From an uncultured Verrucomicrobiae bacterium (GTDB lineage Bacteria; Verrucomicrobiota; Verrucomicrobiia; Limisphaerales; Palsa-1400): 64,000 nucleotides of DNA. The notes beneath the pieces were generated by a model. That model was not told where the DNA came from. It did not search any database and was given only the letters and a program-made list of their open reading frames with translations. The DNA lies in assembly GCA_963764165.1 (NCBI GenBank), contig CAVXRD010000002.1:1120001-1184000 (forward strand). Reading direction: 5' to 3'. Shown here piece by piece: positions 28,933 through 40,500 of the stretch (positions are counted from its first letter, which is position 1; each line of letters starts with the position of its first letter). The position numbers and the translations under genes are program-made.

Positions 28933-31900
28933 TCACGGCGCCGTGAGGCGGAAGAATTGGTCGGCGTTCGTTGGCGCGATAGTCAAATAAAATGTCCCGT
29001 TGGTCTGCGCGGGCGTCGCGGTCACCGGCACCCACGCCACAGGCGGAGCGAGATTGGTGGCGGTGAAGAGTTGGAAGCCGGGCGAAGGCGCAGGCCACGA
29101 AATGACCAGAGAATTTGCGGAAGCGCTCCGTATTCCCAGCACTGGCGTGTTGGTTGCCGTGCCGTCGATGGTGGCAGTGAAACTGAAATTATCGATCGCC
29201 AGCCCTTGGGCCTTTCCGGTGGCGTCGGCCATTTCCCACACGAGCCACAACGCCGCGCCGTTCGTCCAAGGAGCAATGGCCAGGTCGGTGGCGGAAATGC
29301 TCTGCTGGTTGGCGGCGGCTGTTCCGTCGACGGCGACACCGCCCGAATCTCCAGCCACCGTTGGGATGGACACATTGAGCGCGGGAAGGAATTCAGTCGC
29401 GGCGGTCGACATGGCGGCGGTTGCGGTGGGATCGATATAATAATAGCATTCCAGCGTCTTCGGGATGTTCGATTGCCGCCAAACTTCCCCTGTCAACTGA
29501 ACATTCAAATAATGGAGCGTGCTGCCTGTGTTGTTGATGAATTTCGCCCCGAAGGCGGTGTATCCTGTCGTGCTGGTGGCGAGCAATCCAAGGGCTCGAT
29601 TGGAACTGCTGGGCAGGCCGAAGCTGATCTGGCCGCCCGTCGTCTGGTCGCCATCGGTCGCGCCGAATCTTGTGCCAACACTCGCCGCAGGATTGGCCAA
29701 ACCATACCAACCGGACAGTGCGTTAATTCCCAATCCTCCGTCATTGCCGTTGGGCGAGGAGGGAAACGCGAAATCAAACGGATTGGGCAGCGAATACGTC
29801 ACGCCATCGATGGTAACCGGGTTGGCCGAATTGACGGACGCCGCCCCGGGATCCGGCAGCGAATCGAAGTTTTGCATGTAAATCGCGCCCGGAGAATCGT
29901 AGGCGATGAACGAAGCGGGCGGCGTGCCGCTGTCGGAGTTTGATGCGCCGGGCGTCGGCGAATAAAAAGGCGCGCGCACAAAACTTTGCCCATCCGGCAG
30001 CGAACCGTAAGACCAGTTCGGCTGCAAATTGGTGTAGTCAATGTAATCGAGGACTTGCATTTGTCCGCTGAACATCCGGCTCAGCGCAACGGAGCCATTG
30101 CTGGCGGCGAGAGTGAAATTCGCGTGCAATTCATTGGCGGTGGAAAGATTCGTTAGCCCGTCCGCGAAGATGACAAGAAACTTGCCGGCGCCAATGGATG
30201 CGCCGGAGGGAATTGGCCACGCTGCCAAATTGGTGTACGCATCGGTCAAATATAAATTCGTGAGGGCAACCGTGTTGGTGCCCGGATTATAAAGCTCCAC
30301 CCAAGGCGCATGCTGGCCTGCGCTGTTGGTGATGCCGGTCAGGTTGACTGGCTCAACCTCATTGATCCACAGCGGGGCAAAGGGTGGCAGCGCGGCGGCG
30401 TCGCTGTTCGCAGCATAAGGCGTTGCCAGCGCGGTAGCAGGCAGCCCCGTCGGCGCGGGATTGGCCGTGTCAACAATTCCCGATCCCGACAGCCTGACCG
30501 TCAGCGGCCCGCCGTTGGTGCTCTGATAATACCAATAGCTGATCGTATAGGTGGCGTTGGGTGTGAGAGTCGGACTGAGAAATTGATAAATGGAACTGCC
30601 CTCGGTTGTGCCGGCGGCGGTTGAAACAAGGTGCAGGCTCGCGTTCCCGGAATGGGAGAAATTCGTGCTGATCGTCGAACCGCTCAAGTTCGGCGACACG
30701 TTCCACGAGCCGGAAAGCGCCGATTCAAATCCGCCGTCCGCCACCAAATTCGCGCCCTGCCCAGCCACGGTTCCGGCCACCAGAGATATATCGTCAATGT
30801 AAACATCCCCGGCCGATTGAAGATAAATGTAGAGCGTGGACGAACTGGCGGTGCCCGTCGCGGTCGCCTGAACCCATTGCGGCGCTTGTGTCACGGCGGC
30901 TGGACGTCCGGTCGACCAATTCCCCGCCCGCCAGTTATCCTGGCGCGGATCGATCAATTGCAGCGAAACGCCTGGCGTGCTGGCGTTCGACGGCCAGGGC
31001 AGGACGCTGTCATATTTCACCTGCGTGACAACCTGGTTGGAGCCGCCGGCCGGCTGTTCCAACCGAAGCCATTGGCCGGGGGCAAGGTTGCCGCTGAAAG
31101 TGTCAAATACAAAATTCGTGGCCCCGTAAGCGCCCGCGAACGCCTGGGCGTTGGCCGCCAGCACCAGGAAACCGTTTGGCGCGATCGTCGCCCCGGCGCG
31201 GAATGTGTAGCCCAAACCCTCCAATTGCCAGCCGGACATATCAAACGTCGTAGTGGCTGAATTATTGACCAGTTCCACGTACTGCGCGTTGCTGACCGCC
31301 GGATTCCACATGATTTCGTTGATGGCGATCTGGCCGACGGGTGACGGCAGGGCAGTATTATAATTGACGGAAACTTGCCCGCCCGCCCCGGCAATGGGCT
31401 GGCCGGAGCGGTCGACACCGGTGATGATCAATTGGTTTGCGCCGTTGGTCAACGGCACCGCCACCGTCCATCCGGCCAGGCTGGTCCAGGTGATCGGATA
31501 GGCCACTCCGTTGATCCAGACCGTGTCGACATTCACCGGCGCCTGCCCGCTGACGTAAGCGACATTGTTGCTGACAGCCACATTCGTATTGACAGAAAAA
31601 TCGGCGGCATTGACAGCGAACAGCTGCGATCCAATGCTGGCCGCCGCCTGCGACAGCCACGGCTCGATGTTTTGCGCCGGATCCTCAGGGTTGAGCCCGT
31701 TGTCAACAAAAGCATTGTACTTCGCGGTCAAAAGAGGGGCGCTGACGGCGGGATTGAGCGGGCCGCTCACCAGCTCGCCAAGGGCGCGCCAGTACATGCG
31801 CAGAAACTTGGGATCATTGTAAATATTCTGGAGGTTGGAATCCGCTCCATTGATCGTAAACAAATTTTGCCCGGGCGCCCAGGAGCCATTGCCAATGACG

Positions 31901-34900
31901 ATGTTGTAATCCCACATGAACAACGAATACTTCGTTCCCTGCGTCCCGATATAGCCATAAAGGTTCTGGGAATTCTGCGCGCCGAAGGAATCCCAGTTCC
32001 CGGCCGCGTGATTGGCGGAAAAGACGCGCATCCAATTCTCCATGTTGGCGATGTTTTCCAGGTTGGCCTCGTAATTGGGGGCGCCGGAGGAGCTGGCGGC
32101 ATCGACCAGCGAGAACACATCCGTAAAATCGCTGTCCGAATCCGGCGTGCGGCGAATCTCAAAGTTGTAACGGTAGCGCGCCGTTTTTTTGACACCCCCG
32201 GTCGTGGTGTAGGGCAGGAGAGTGAGAAAAGACTGGTTGTCGAAGGCCATGGTGGCGCCGGAAGGGAATGGCGCCATTTCAAACCAAGGCTGCATTTTGA
32301 AAAGGAAGCCGTCGCTGTCATTGGGAAAATGCTCCTTGACGACATCGCTGCCGGGAACCTGGGTGTCCTCCATGAGCAGCCCGCGGCGGATTCCGTTGAC
32401 GTATACCGCGACCAGCCGCTTGTAAAGCCACGGGACGCCCACCGCGCGCAGGAACGTGTTGGCCAGCTCTTCGCGCTGGAGGCTTGCATCATCGCCGGGC
32501 GAATTGCCGGGCTGATGGATTTTATTGAAATCCGTGGCCCCGAGAAATTTGTCGTCGTCATTGAACTCCCACTTGTAGTGGCAGAGGTTTCCTGTCGGCG
32601 TGTCAAATTCCTGGTGGTACGGGCTGCCCGCGAAGCGGCCCTGCATATTGTAAATGACGCGGCTATTGTTGACAAACGTGCAATCGTTGCCTTCGTTGCT
32701 CAAGTCGGAAAGATTGGCCCAGCGGGTGGCGTTGGTTTGGGTCAGCCACAAATGATAAACGCCAAAGCTGCCCGCGGGCGCGCTGTCACCGAACATCACG
32801 ACGCATTCCGGCGTGGGAATATTGTCGTTGGTGCGCAGGCTCGGGAAGCGGGTCGTGTTGCCGTAGTTATCCGTCGCCGTGATGTAAAACGCGGCAATCT
32901 GTCCCGCGGCCTGGCCCGGAATGGTCGCGCTGAAAACGCCGTCGCCGGGAATTGCGTCACCGATGGTGCCCTTGTCGCTCATGGCCACGATCGAGTAACT
33001 GGTGGAAGGATCAAGACGGTAATAAAGATCCATCGCCCGCACGCCATCGGGATCGTGAACTTTTGCGGAGACGACCACCGGAGAACCTGCGGGTGGAACC
33101 GTCGGCAAATGAGTCACGCTGTAAATGGCGGGTCCGGCGTTGGTGACGTAGCGGCTGTTGGGCGCGCCCGGCGTGCCGAGGTTTGACGGGACGGGCATGG
33201 CGCCGGCCGCCTCAAGCCAGTTTCCATTGACTCGCAGCAGTGCCTCGGGCCAGCCGTGCAGCCACCGCGCTTTGAATCGGAGAGTGGCGGTCTGTCCGGC
33301 GCCAAGCGTGTTGGTCAGGAGCGCAACCTGGCAGGAATTGTCCCCGGTCCAAATTCTGTCGCTGCACCGGATGTGGAGCGAATGCCCGCTCTGGTAGCCC
33401 GTGTTCTCCAAGGTGGACCGCACCATGCAACCCTGAAACGACCAATTCATCCCAAATCCATTTTCAAACGTTCCGTTGGAGACGTAATTGACCCCGTTGT
33501 AATCAAATTCAATGTTATCCACCAGGCACTCGCCGGAATCCAGCAGGCCGATTTGAGCGTAGTCAATGCTCGGGTCATAGTTGGCGCCGTTGTCAAGCAC
33601 ACCCGTGGTTTCGATATCGACCCATGAAGACTTTTGCGTCTCGTCGCTGTCGGCCCAATTCGCGGCCAGGCGGTGATTTGAATGCGGATCGATCAATTCC
33701 AGGCTGCTTCCCCCGCCGCCGGACCATTCGCCCCACCGCCCGCCCGTGCCATAGGTCACTTCATCCTCCTCGACGTAAATTGTGTTTGTGCCGAAATAGC
33801 TCATCGGCTGGGCCAGCACCACGAGTTCGCCGTCATGCGATAATTTGCCAGTGAAATTTCCAAACGTATTTGCGGAATTCAGATTGGTGTAGTGCGCAAA
33901 AAGATTTGCGGTATTTTTCCCGATCACCACATAACCGTTAGGCCCAATGCTCGCGCCGGCGGGAAACGTGAAGGTGACGCCTGCTGTGAATTGCCAGCCT
34001 GCGAGACTAATCTCGTTCGTTCCCTGGTTGTAAAGCTCTATATATTGGTCGTCATCATTTTCACTGATTGGGTCGTACATCAGCTCGTTGATGACAATGC
34101 TGCCGATCAAAATCGGGCTGTTGTTGGTGCCCGGCGTGTTCGTGGTGAACGCATAGAAGTCATTGGCGCCGTCCGGCCAGCGTCCGTAGGAAACGCCGTC
34201 CGCCTGCGGGCCAAATTGGACGGCATCGAGCACGCGGCTGCCGTCGGATTTGATGAAATATAGCGTTTCGCCCTGGCCATTCAACGCAAAACCAAGCTGC
34301 GACTCCGTGAAGCTGACAAATCCAACGCGTCCAATGGTCGTCCCCGCCGGAATGACAAATTTATTGGTCGTCGGATCGTCCGTCAGGATGCAGCCCGAAA
34401 CATCCACCGCCGTCGTGCTGTGATTGTAAAGCTCCACGAACTGCGGCACGGCGGGATTCTCGCTGTGCGGAAGAATTTCGTTGATGACGACATTGCGAAG
34501 AGGGGTGGGCCGGAACGGATCCGCCTGCCCTGGAGAACCTCCGACGGCGTCGCTGATGTCCCATGCGCGGGGATCGCCTTCGCCGTAAGACGGATTGGCG
34601 AGAATCAGCGAATGGCCGGTGGCGCCGGTGGCGACCGGCCATGGATACACATCCGCATACGGCACTGTCAACAGAACATTGCTTTGCTCATCCAGCATTT
34701 GCAGCGTTTCAGAATGCTTGAGGCTGCCGTTGTAAGGGCCAAAGACGTTGGAGGTCAGCCCGTAAACATTGGCGATGCCGGAAGGCGAAGCCGCCAAAAC
34801 GTAATACGCGCCGCCCGGAATCAGCGTGTTGGCCGGGAAGGTGAAATTCATATCCGCGCACGTGACCTGGTAATGGCTGATGTCCTGAAAGAACGGGCAG

Positions 34901-37377
34901 GAATTATAAATCTCCAAAAACTCGACGTTGTTTCCATCCGAGCGCGCAGCCGGTTTCCACATAATCTCCGAGAAGACAATTCCGGTCTTGCGGCTGCTGG
35001 GGCCAATCGGTTCATGCGGATAGGCAGTGGTGGCAACCACGGCGCTGGCGAGAGTATTTTCGAAGCTGGCAAATTGCGCGATAGTGGCCTGGGCGCTATT
35101 GTGGCTCTGCGCCGCAAGGCCGAGATAAATCTGGCTCGGCATGGGGATGGTCGCCGAGCCGAGCACTGTCCAATTCGTGCCATCATAGCTGGCGTAACCC
35201 GTAAAGACACTGCCCACGCGAGCCAGGCGCAGCCACGTATTCGGATAATTGGCGGGAAAATTTCCCGCGGTGCTGGCCGTGGCGTTGGTGGTGAGCCGCG
35301 ACGAGAAAAAGCTGCCGTTCATGCCCGGCGTCGCGAGCGAGGCAGCAAAGGGCGCGGACGGATTGAAACTCGGCCGGGCCATCAACCCCGCCTCGGCCCA
35401 AAGATCCGACAAGCCAAGCGAAGCCACGCGGACGCTGACATCAAAATTTCCGGTCACAATTTGGTAATCGAAATTAAATTGGTCACTCGCGCCCCCAATG
35501 CTGTTTCCCGCGCTTGTCATCGAAATCGTTCCGGCGGAATAAGCGTCAGCGGAGGCCATGGCCGGATTTCCGATATCCTCCGGCGCGAGCGGCGACGCGA
35601 CGAAGCTGGCGGTGGAATTCGGCGCGATCACGTTCGGTGTGCTGGCGAGATCTTTGATGTTATTGACAACCAATGTGTAGTTGCTGCCATACACCACCGA
35701 AGCGCAAGTAAGCGTTACGGTCGCGCCGCCGACACCGAGTGCGGCGCGGGTGATTGCCAGACCGTTCGTAAAACTATAATTGGCGATGTTGGTTGCGCTT
35801 GCGGCCGCCACGGGCTTGGAGAATGTCACTTGCACACTCGTCAGCCCAATGTTGAAAACGCTGGCGACCGTTGGCGGAACGGTGTCCGCAAGAACGGTCA
35901 AGGCAATCGGCTGGGAAGTCACGGAGCCGATGCTGTTGGTGACGACGCAGGTGAGAATCTGCCCGTTGTTTGTCAGGAGGCTGGCAAAAGGGAGCGAGTA
36001 GGCAGGCAGGTTTGCTCCCGGAATCTTCGCGCTTCCGTTGAACCATTGATAACCGACTGCGGCTTGGTTTGTGACCAGCACAGAAATCGCAAGAGGTGTG
36101 TTCTCCACCACAGTGGTGCTGCCGGATTGCGAGTAAATTCCGGGCGGCGCATTCGAGCCGGTGTAGGGGATCATTCGCGTGCCGGACGTGCTTGCAGCGG
36201 GCAGCGGCTGCTCAAATTTCTGGTTAGGCAATTGCCACTGCACAGCCAGGTTATCTCCGCCGCCCCCCTGTTGCATGAGCGCCTCGATGTAATAGCGGCA
36301 GCCGCCCGTCAAGTAGAATTGCGCGGATTGCTGGTTCGTGTAAGCTGTCCACTGCTCCGATGCCGTATAGCCCGGCACCGAGGCGATCATCGTGGCGCCG
36401 GCGGGATTCTCGTTGGTGCTCAACAGCAATTCGGACGTGTCGTCGCTGGAAATCCAAAACGTGTAAAGCCCATTGGTTGGCGGAACGATGTAAGCCCGCA
36501 GCATCTGCCCGTAGTTGTTCATCCCCGTGTTAATCTCTGTTTGAAAATTTGTAAAAACGTGGGTGTAAAATGCCGAAGGGCGGTTTGGCCAGTTCGTGTT
36601 GTAGAAGGCGTTGGTGAGAACCTCGAGAGTATTGCCCAGGCTGGAATTAAGATTGGTCCATAATTCACGGCTGACGCCAAATATCTCCTGGCTCAGCGCG
36701 ACGTTCGTGAATGCCGAGGTGTTGAGATCCGAATTGTTGTGCGAAGTCACCGCCAGCCCAGCGAGCGCTGTGCCCGCCAATTGAAGAGTGGTCGTGCCCG
36801 CCAGCCACCAATTGGTTCCATCCACACTATAATATCCGCTGAAATTGCCGTCCGAGCGCACCAGTTGAAGCCAAACAGGAGCCGAGATCCCGCTGATGGC
36901 CGTGCTTGTGCCCGCGCCGCCGGGGGTGGCGCGGTATTGGAACACGACACCGTCGGTCGCCGACACCGCCATCAAGACGTTGGCGGCTCCGGCCGAAGAA
37001 TCGTTGCGAAACATGACTCCCGCCTTCGACCAGCCTGTCGTTGGATCGCTGTTCTGAATGCTCGTGACTTCAGCGATGATGGAGCCGTCGCAAGGAAAAA
37101 CAGCGCTGGCAAAATTGAATTGGTCGGCCGCGTTCCAAATATCGCTGCCGCCTCCCGTGATCGTCCACGCGCCATTGGTGTAAGCGGCGGAGCCAGCTTC
37201 TCCCGGGCTGCCAACGTCCGAATCCATCCATCCCGGTGGCAGGCTCGCCTGCGCATTTGCCAGAGTGGTTCGGAAGATAACGAGGATCAGGATAGCGATC
37301 GCGAGCGCAAACCTTCCGATGACTCGGCTAGGTTCGATGGATAATCCGGGTTCGCCGCCTCCCAGCGGCACGATCAT
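28933..37377 (-). CDS. Giant exported protein: PA14, Ig-like, several lamin-tail domains, CotH-like kinase domain, C-terminal FFRL domain
   Basis: PA14 (YTFWISSDDTSEL...QQGGGGDNL); repeated (V/I)(VI/F)(N/S)E....P......E(L/I).N lamin-tail motifs; CotH-like LQREE...VYVNG...GNWDSF...NLY...WDYN; ends DQFFRLTAP. Start placed at ATG 37377, before the hydrophobic signal. Confidence 0.88.
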   Translation of the reverse strand: MIVPLGGGEPGLSIEPSRVIGRFALAIAILILVIFRTTLANAQASLPPGWMDSDVGSPGEAGSAAYTNGAWTITGGGSDIWNAADQFNFASAVFPCDGSIIAEVTSIQNSDPTTGWSKAGVMFRNDSSAGAANVLMAVSATDGVVFQYRATPGGAGTSTAISGISAPVWLQLVRSDGNFSGYYSVDGTNWWLAGTTTLQLAGTALAGLAVTSHNNSDLNTSAFTNVALSQEIFGVSRELWTNLNSSLGNTLEVLTNAFYNTNWPNRPSAFYTHVFTNFQTEINTGMNNYGQMLRAYIVPPTNGLYTFWISSDDTSELLLSTNENPAGATMIASVPGYTASEQWTAYTNQQSAQFYLTGGCRYYIEALMQQGGGGDNLAVQWQLPNQKFEQPLPAASTSGTRMIPYTGSNAPPGIYSQSGSTTVVENTPLAISVLVTNQAAVGYQWFNGSAKIPGANLPAYSLPFASLLTNNGQILTCVVTNSIGSVTSQPIALTVLADTVPPTVASVFNIGLTSVQVTFSKPVAAASATNIANYSFTNGLAITRAALGVGGATVTLTCASVVYGSNYTLVVNNIKDLASTPNVIAPNSTASFVASPLAPEDIGNPAMASADAYSAGTISMTSAGNSIGGASDQFNFDYQIVTGNFDVSVRVASLGLSDLWAEAGLMARPSFNPSAPFAASLATPGMNGSFFSSRLTTNATASTAGNFPANYPNTWLRLARVGSVFTGYASYDGTNWTVLGSATIPMPSQIYLGLAAQSHNSAQATIAQFASFENTLASAVVATTAYPHEPIGPSSRKTGIVFSEIMWKPAARSDGNNVEFLEIYNSCPFFQDISHYQVTCADMNFTFPANTLIPGGAYYVLAASPSGIANVYGLTSNVFGPYNGSLKHSETLQMLDEQSNVLLTVPYADVYPWPVATGATGHSLILANPSYGEGDPRAWDISDAVGGSPGQADPFRPTPLRNVVINEILPHSENPAVPQFVELYNHSTTAVDVSGCILTDDPTTNKFVIPAGTTIGRVGFVSFTESQLGFALNGQGETLYFIKSDGSRVLDAVQFGPQADGVSYGRWPDGANDFYAFTTNTPGTNNSPILIGSIVINELMYDPISENDDDQYIELYNQGTNEISLAGWQFTAGVTFTFPAGASIGPNGYVVIGKNTANLFAHYTNLNSANTFGNFTGKLSHDGELVVLAQPMSYFGTNTIYVEEDEVTYGTGGRWGEWSGGGGSSLELIDPHSNHRLAANWADSDETQKSSWVDIETTGVLDNGANYDPSIDYAQIGLLDSGECLVDNIEFDYNGVNYVSNGTFENGFGMNWSFQGCMVRSTLENTGYQSGHSLHIRCSDRIWTGDNSCQVALLTNTLGAGQTATLRFKARWLHGWPEALLRVNGNWLEAAGAMPVPSNLGTPGAPNSRYVTNAGPAIYSVTHLPTVPPAGSPVVVSAKVHDPDGVRAMDLYYRLDPSTSYSIVAMSDKGTIGDAIPGDGVFSATIPGQAAGQIAAFYITATDNYGNTTRFPSLRTNDNIPTPECVVMFGDSAPAGSFGVYHLWLTQTNATRWANLSDLSNEGNDCTFVNNSRVIYNMQGRFAGSPYHQEFDTPTGNLCHYKWEFNDDDKFLGATDFNKIHQPGNSPGDDASLQREELANTFLRAVGVPWLYKRLVAVYVNGIRRGLLMEDTQVPGSDVVKEHFPNDSDGFLFKMQPWFEMAPFPSGATMAFDNQSFLTLLPYTTTGGVKKTARYRYNFEIRRTPDSDSDFTDVFSLVDAASSSGAPNYEANLENIANMENWMRVFSANHAAGNWDSFGAQNSQNLYGYIGTQGTKYSLFMWDYNIVIGNGSWAPGQNLFTINGADSNLQNIYNDPKFLRMYWRALGELVSGPLNPAVSAPLLTAKYNAFVDNGLNPEDPAQNIEPWLSQAAASIGSQLFAVNAADFSVNTNVAVSNNVAYVSGQAPVNVDTVWINGVAYPITWTSLAGWTVAVPLTNGANQLIITGVDRSGQPIAGAGGQVSVNYNTALPSPVGQIAINEIMWNPAVSNAQYVELVNNSATTTFDMSGWQLEGLGYTFRAGATIAPNGFLVLAANAQAFAGAYGATNFVFDTFSGNLAPGQWLRLEQPAGGSNQVVTQVKYDSVLPWPSNASTPGVSLQLIDPRQDNWRAGNWSTGRPAAVTQAPQWVQATATGTASSSTLYIYLQSAGDVYIDDISLVAGTVAGQGANLVADGGFESALSGSWNVSPNLSGSTISTNFSHSGNASLHLVSTAAGTTEGSSIYQFLSPTLTPNATYTISYWYYQSTNGGPLTVRLSGSGIVDTANPAPTGLPATALATPYAANSDAAALPPFAPLWINEVEPVNLTGITNSAGQHAPWVELYNPGTNTVALTNLYLTDAYTNLAAWPIPSGASIGAGKFLVIFADGLTNLSTANELHANFTLAASNGSVALSRMFSGQMQVLDYIDYTNLQPNWSYGSLPDGQSFVRAPFYSPTPGASNSDSGTPPASFIAYDSPGAIYMQNFDSLPDPGAASVNSANPVTIDGVTYSLPNPFDFAFPSSPNGNDGGLGINALSGWYGLANPAASVGTRFGATDGDQTTGGQISFGLPSSSNRALGLLATSTTGYTAFGAKFINNTGSTLHYLNVQLTGEVWRQSNIPKTLECYYYIDPTATAAMSTAATEFLPALNVSIPTVAGDSGGVAVDGTAAANQQSISATDLAIAPWTNGAALWLVWEMADATGKAQGLAIDNFSFTATIDGTATNTPVLGIRSASANSLVISWPAPSPGFQLFTATNLAPPVAWVPVTATPAQTNGTFYLTIAPTNADQFFRLTAP

Positions 37378-37470
37378 AAAATTTTTCACGGTGTCGCCAG
37401 AGATTGTCTCAGAACTTCCTGGGGGCAGCAATTAAATTTGCTGACAGTGCAGTCCCCTCCCCCTTGCGAC

Positions 37471-37520
37471 GGAACGCTTTGGCCAAGGGCATCGTTTCCG
37501 ACGGCCCGGCCAAAGCGTCC
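37471..37520 (-). other. Long GC-rich stem-loop with a GAAA tetraloop in the intergenic spacer
   Basis: Minus strand: GGACGCTTTGGCC GGGCCGTCG GAAA CGATGCCC TT GGCCAAAGCGTTCC. Confidence 0.6.
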
Positions 37521-37550
37521 AGCTCCTCACGAGCGATTCCGCCCAAACGC

Positions 37551-40500
37551 CTACTGTGCGAGTCGGAAAAACTGGGACGCGCCATCCGTTGGCAGCGTGA
37601 CCGAATTGGTTCCGTTGGCGCTGGTCACTGAATTTGTCACGTTGACCCAGTTTCCAAGACTTAAGTCCGCGCTGGATTGCAGGGTATAGCCGCTTGCAGT
37701 CCAGCTTAGGCTGACGCTTCCTTTTGCCTGGGCGATGTTCAGTTGCGCGCCAGGAAATACGCCAAAGAGCCGGAGTTCGCCAAGCTGCACGACAGTTCCA
37801 CTCTGGGGTGCGCCGATCGTGATGCGATAGGACGTGCAGGCGACGGTGTTCGTTTCCGCGGAAAACTGTTGGATTTCCAGGTTGCTTGTCGCCGCTTTTG
37901 GAGCCGCCGACAGCAGCGTTGCGTAATGGAATCCATCGACCGTTCCTTCGATCGTCAGGCTCGATGGCACCCGGCCCGGGTAGGAGGTGTCATCACTTCC
38001 ACCGATCATTTCGATGCCTTTCAATACGGATGATCCCAAGGCGGGCGTTAAATCGACCTGGCACGAGTTGGTGCCTGACATCAATACGAATTTATTTGTC
38101 AGTTGACCGACCTGCCGGTCAAACAAGCCGCTCAAGGTATACCCCGAGGGAAACGACGCGCCCTCTCGGAGGGTCACGCTCACGTCGTCGCTGCTGGAGG
38201 TAATTTCGCCGAATGGCAGAAATTCCACCTCCGCCACTTGCATGGCGGTCGCCGCCGCGGAGTTGGACACGGTGGGAAACGTCAGTTGATATTCGGAATA
38301 GGCCGTCGTGTTGGCAAAACGGACGGACTGGATGGAATCGCGAGCTATGAAAGGCGGAATGCCATTGCTGGCAATCGTCACAAAGTTCGAACCATCGTCC
38401 GATCCAGCCAGGACGAACGACGAGGGATCATCTTCAGGATGATCTGGGGCGCTGATAAAGGTCAGGGCTGTCACGACTTGCCGGCCGGAAGGAAACACGG
38501 TGAACCCGGTGTTGAATATGTCATCATTCGCGTAGACGGTTTGAATGACTCCATCAATGGCATTATTGACACCTTGGCCAGCGGGGCTGTTGGTGGAGGT
38601 GGCGGTAATCCAATCCCCGGGCGAAGTGACTCCAAAAACGGTGGCGTCAGCGGTGGTGGTAAAGGTGGCGTCCGCGCCGAGGATCGTGCCACCAGACCAG
38701 GTCAGAGCCACACGATAATGATAGGTGGTCGTTGGCAACAGGCCGCCGATGACGGTGGCGAGAGTGGCCAACTTTGGATTGGCGGGGATTGTTTGCACTT
38801 CGGTAGTCTGGCCATAACTTGTGTTGGTGCCATATTGGATGGTCAATTGAATCGGGTTGACAGCGGTATTGACGGACGTTTCCACCACGGCGGAGCGCGC
38901 ATTCGTTTCCGCGCCTGTTACTCCGATAATAACCGGGGTGAAGTTCGGGACGAATACCAGTTGCAATTGATGCGGCACGTTCGCCGACACGTAAAAGTGG
39001 CCCGCGTAGGTTTCACTGGCGAAGCTTGAAACGTCGATCACAAACAGGTTTGAGCTAAACCCAGTCAAGTTGCCGGTGTAAGTGGCGATAGTCCACGACG
39101 CGCTGTTCGAGGCGTTGAAGCCAGTGGTCACGCCGGGCAATGTATGCGGAGAAATGCGAATGGGAGCGGCATTGGAGGCGTTGATGGCAAGATCGCCACT
39201 GATTTGCAGCAGTCCCCAGTTAGTCCCGGCAACTCCCTGCGCCAACCCGAGGTTCCAGTTAAAATCCATGCCGCTGGACCATGTTTCCGATCCAGAGCTG
39301 AGCGTGCCCATCGGAAAGCCGGGCGAAATTCCGCCGCCATTTCCGACGGCCACTGTTCCAGTGACGGTTCCCGCGCCTGAGAGAATTCCGCCGTTGACCG
39401 CGACCGCCGCGCCGCCGTTGAGCAAACCGTTAATGGCCAGCGTCCCGCCATTGACCGTGGTGACACCTGAATACGTGTTGGTCGCAAGGAGTGCCGTGGT
39501 CCCGGAATTCTGCGTAACGCTCAGATTGCCGAACAGCGGAACAGCCGCGCCGCCGCTGGTGCCGTCCTGAGTCAAATAATAGTTCGTGCTGGCGTGGTTG
39601 AAAATGACATTGCCGGTTCCTTGCCCCGCAACGATCTCGGGCACATCCAAAATTCCCGGCGCGCCGCCGTTGCCGATTTGCAAGGTCCCAGATGCGGCAG
39701 CGCTATTTTGCCCAAGGAAAATGGGGGCTCCGTTTGCGAATACCATGGCGCCGCCTTCGACGGTCAAGAAGCCGGTATTATTGTAGCCAACGTTGATGGC
39801 GTTTAAAGAGATCCACTGCGAGCCGGCATCTTTCACGATCACGGTTCCTGAAGCCCCCGTATTGTAGGCCAAATAGGCAGCTTGATGAATAACCTTCGCA
39901 CCGCCTGCGACGACCAGCGTGGCGGCGGACGAATTGCCAACATAAAGAGCGGAAGATGGAGAAGTGATGGAGGCGCCGCTATTCGATACCACCAATGTTC
40001 CGCCGTCGAGCAGGGTCTGTCCCTCGTAGGTGTTCGCGCCGGTAAGAATCACTGTCCCGGAGCCAAGGTTTTGCAGTGATCCAGTTCCACCGATGGATTG
40101 CGGGACAGTGGAGACATCGGAGCGATTGAACTGCAAAATGCCGTTATTCACCGTGGTCGCAAAGCCGAGGTTGCCGCCGTTCGTCACTTCCAGGTAACTT
40201 CCGTTGATATAAGTCGTGTTGGAGCCAGGAAGAGTCATATCCAGCCCCCAGGTTCCGCCCCCTTGCACAATGACATCGCCGCTCATGGTGACGCCGCCGC
40301 TGACGGCGGAAGCCATGCTGGGCGCGCCAGCTCCACCGAAGATCAATTGCGACGAGGTGGAATTTCCGAGGTTGACGCCTCCAGAAATGGCGCTGCCGGG
40401 GAGAACCGTAAGCTGATTGGGATAATTTCCCATGGAAATTCCATTTTTGATCGTGCCCGCGTTGATCACCGTCGCCGCAGCACCGCGTGTGACAACGCCA

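Noticed and set aside
37426..37520. c-di-GMP-I riboswitch upstream of the giant surface gene
   Set aside because: GAAA and GCAA loops are present, but I could not place the GCAAA junction and tetraloop-receptor stem in the consensus order; kept only as a hairpin.
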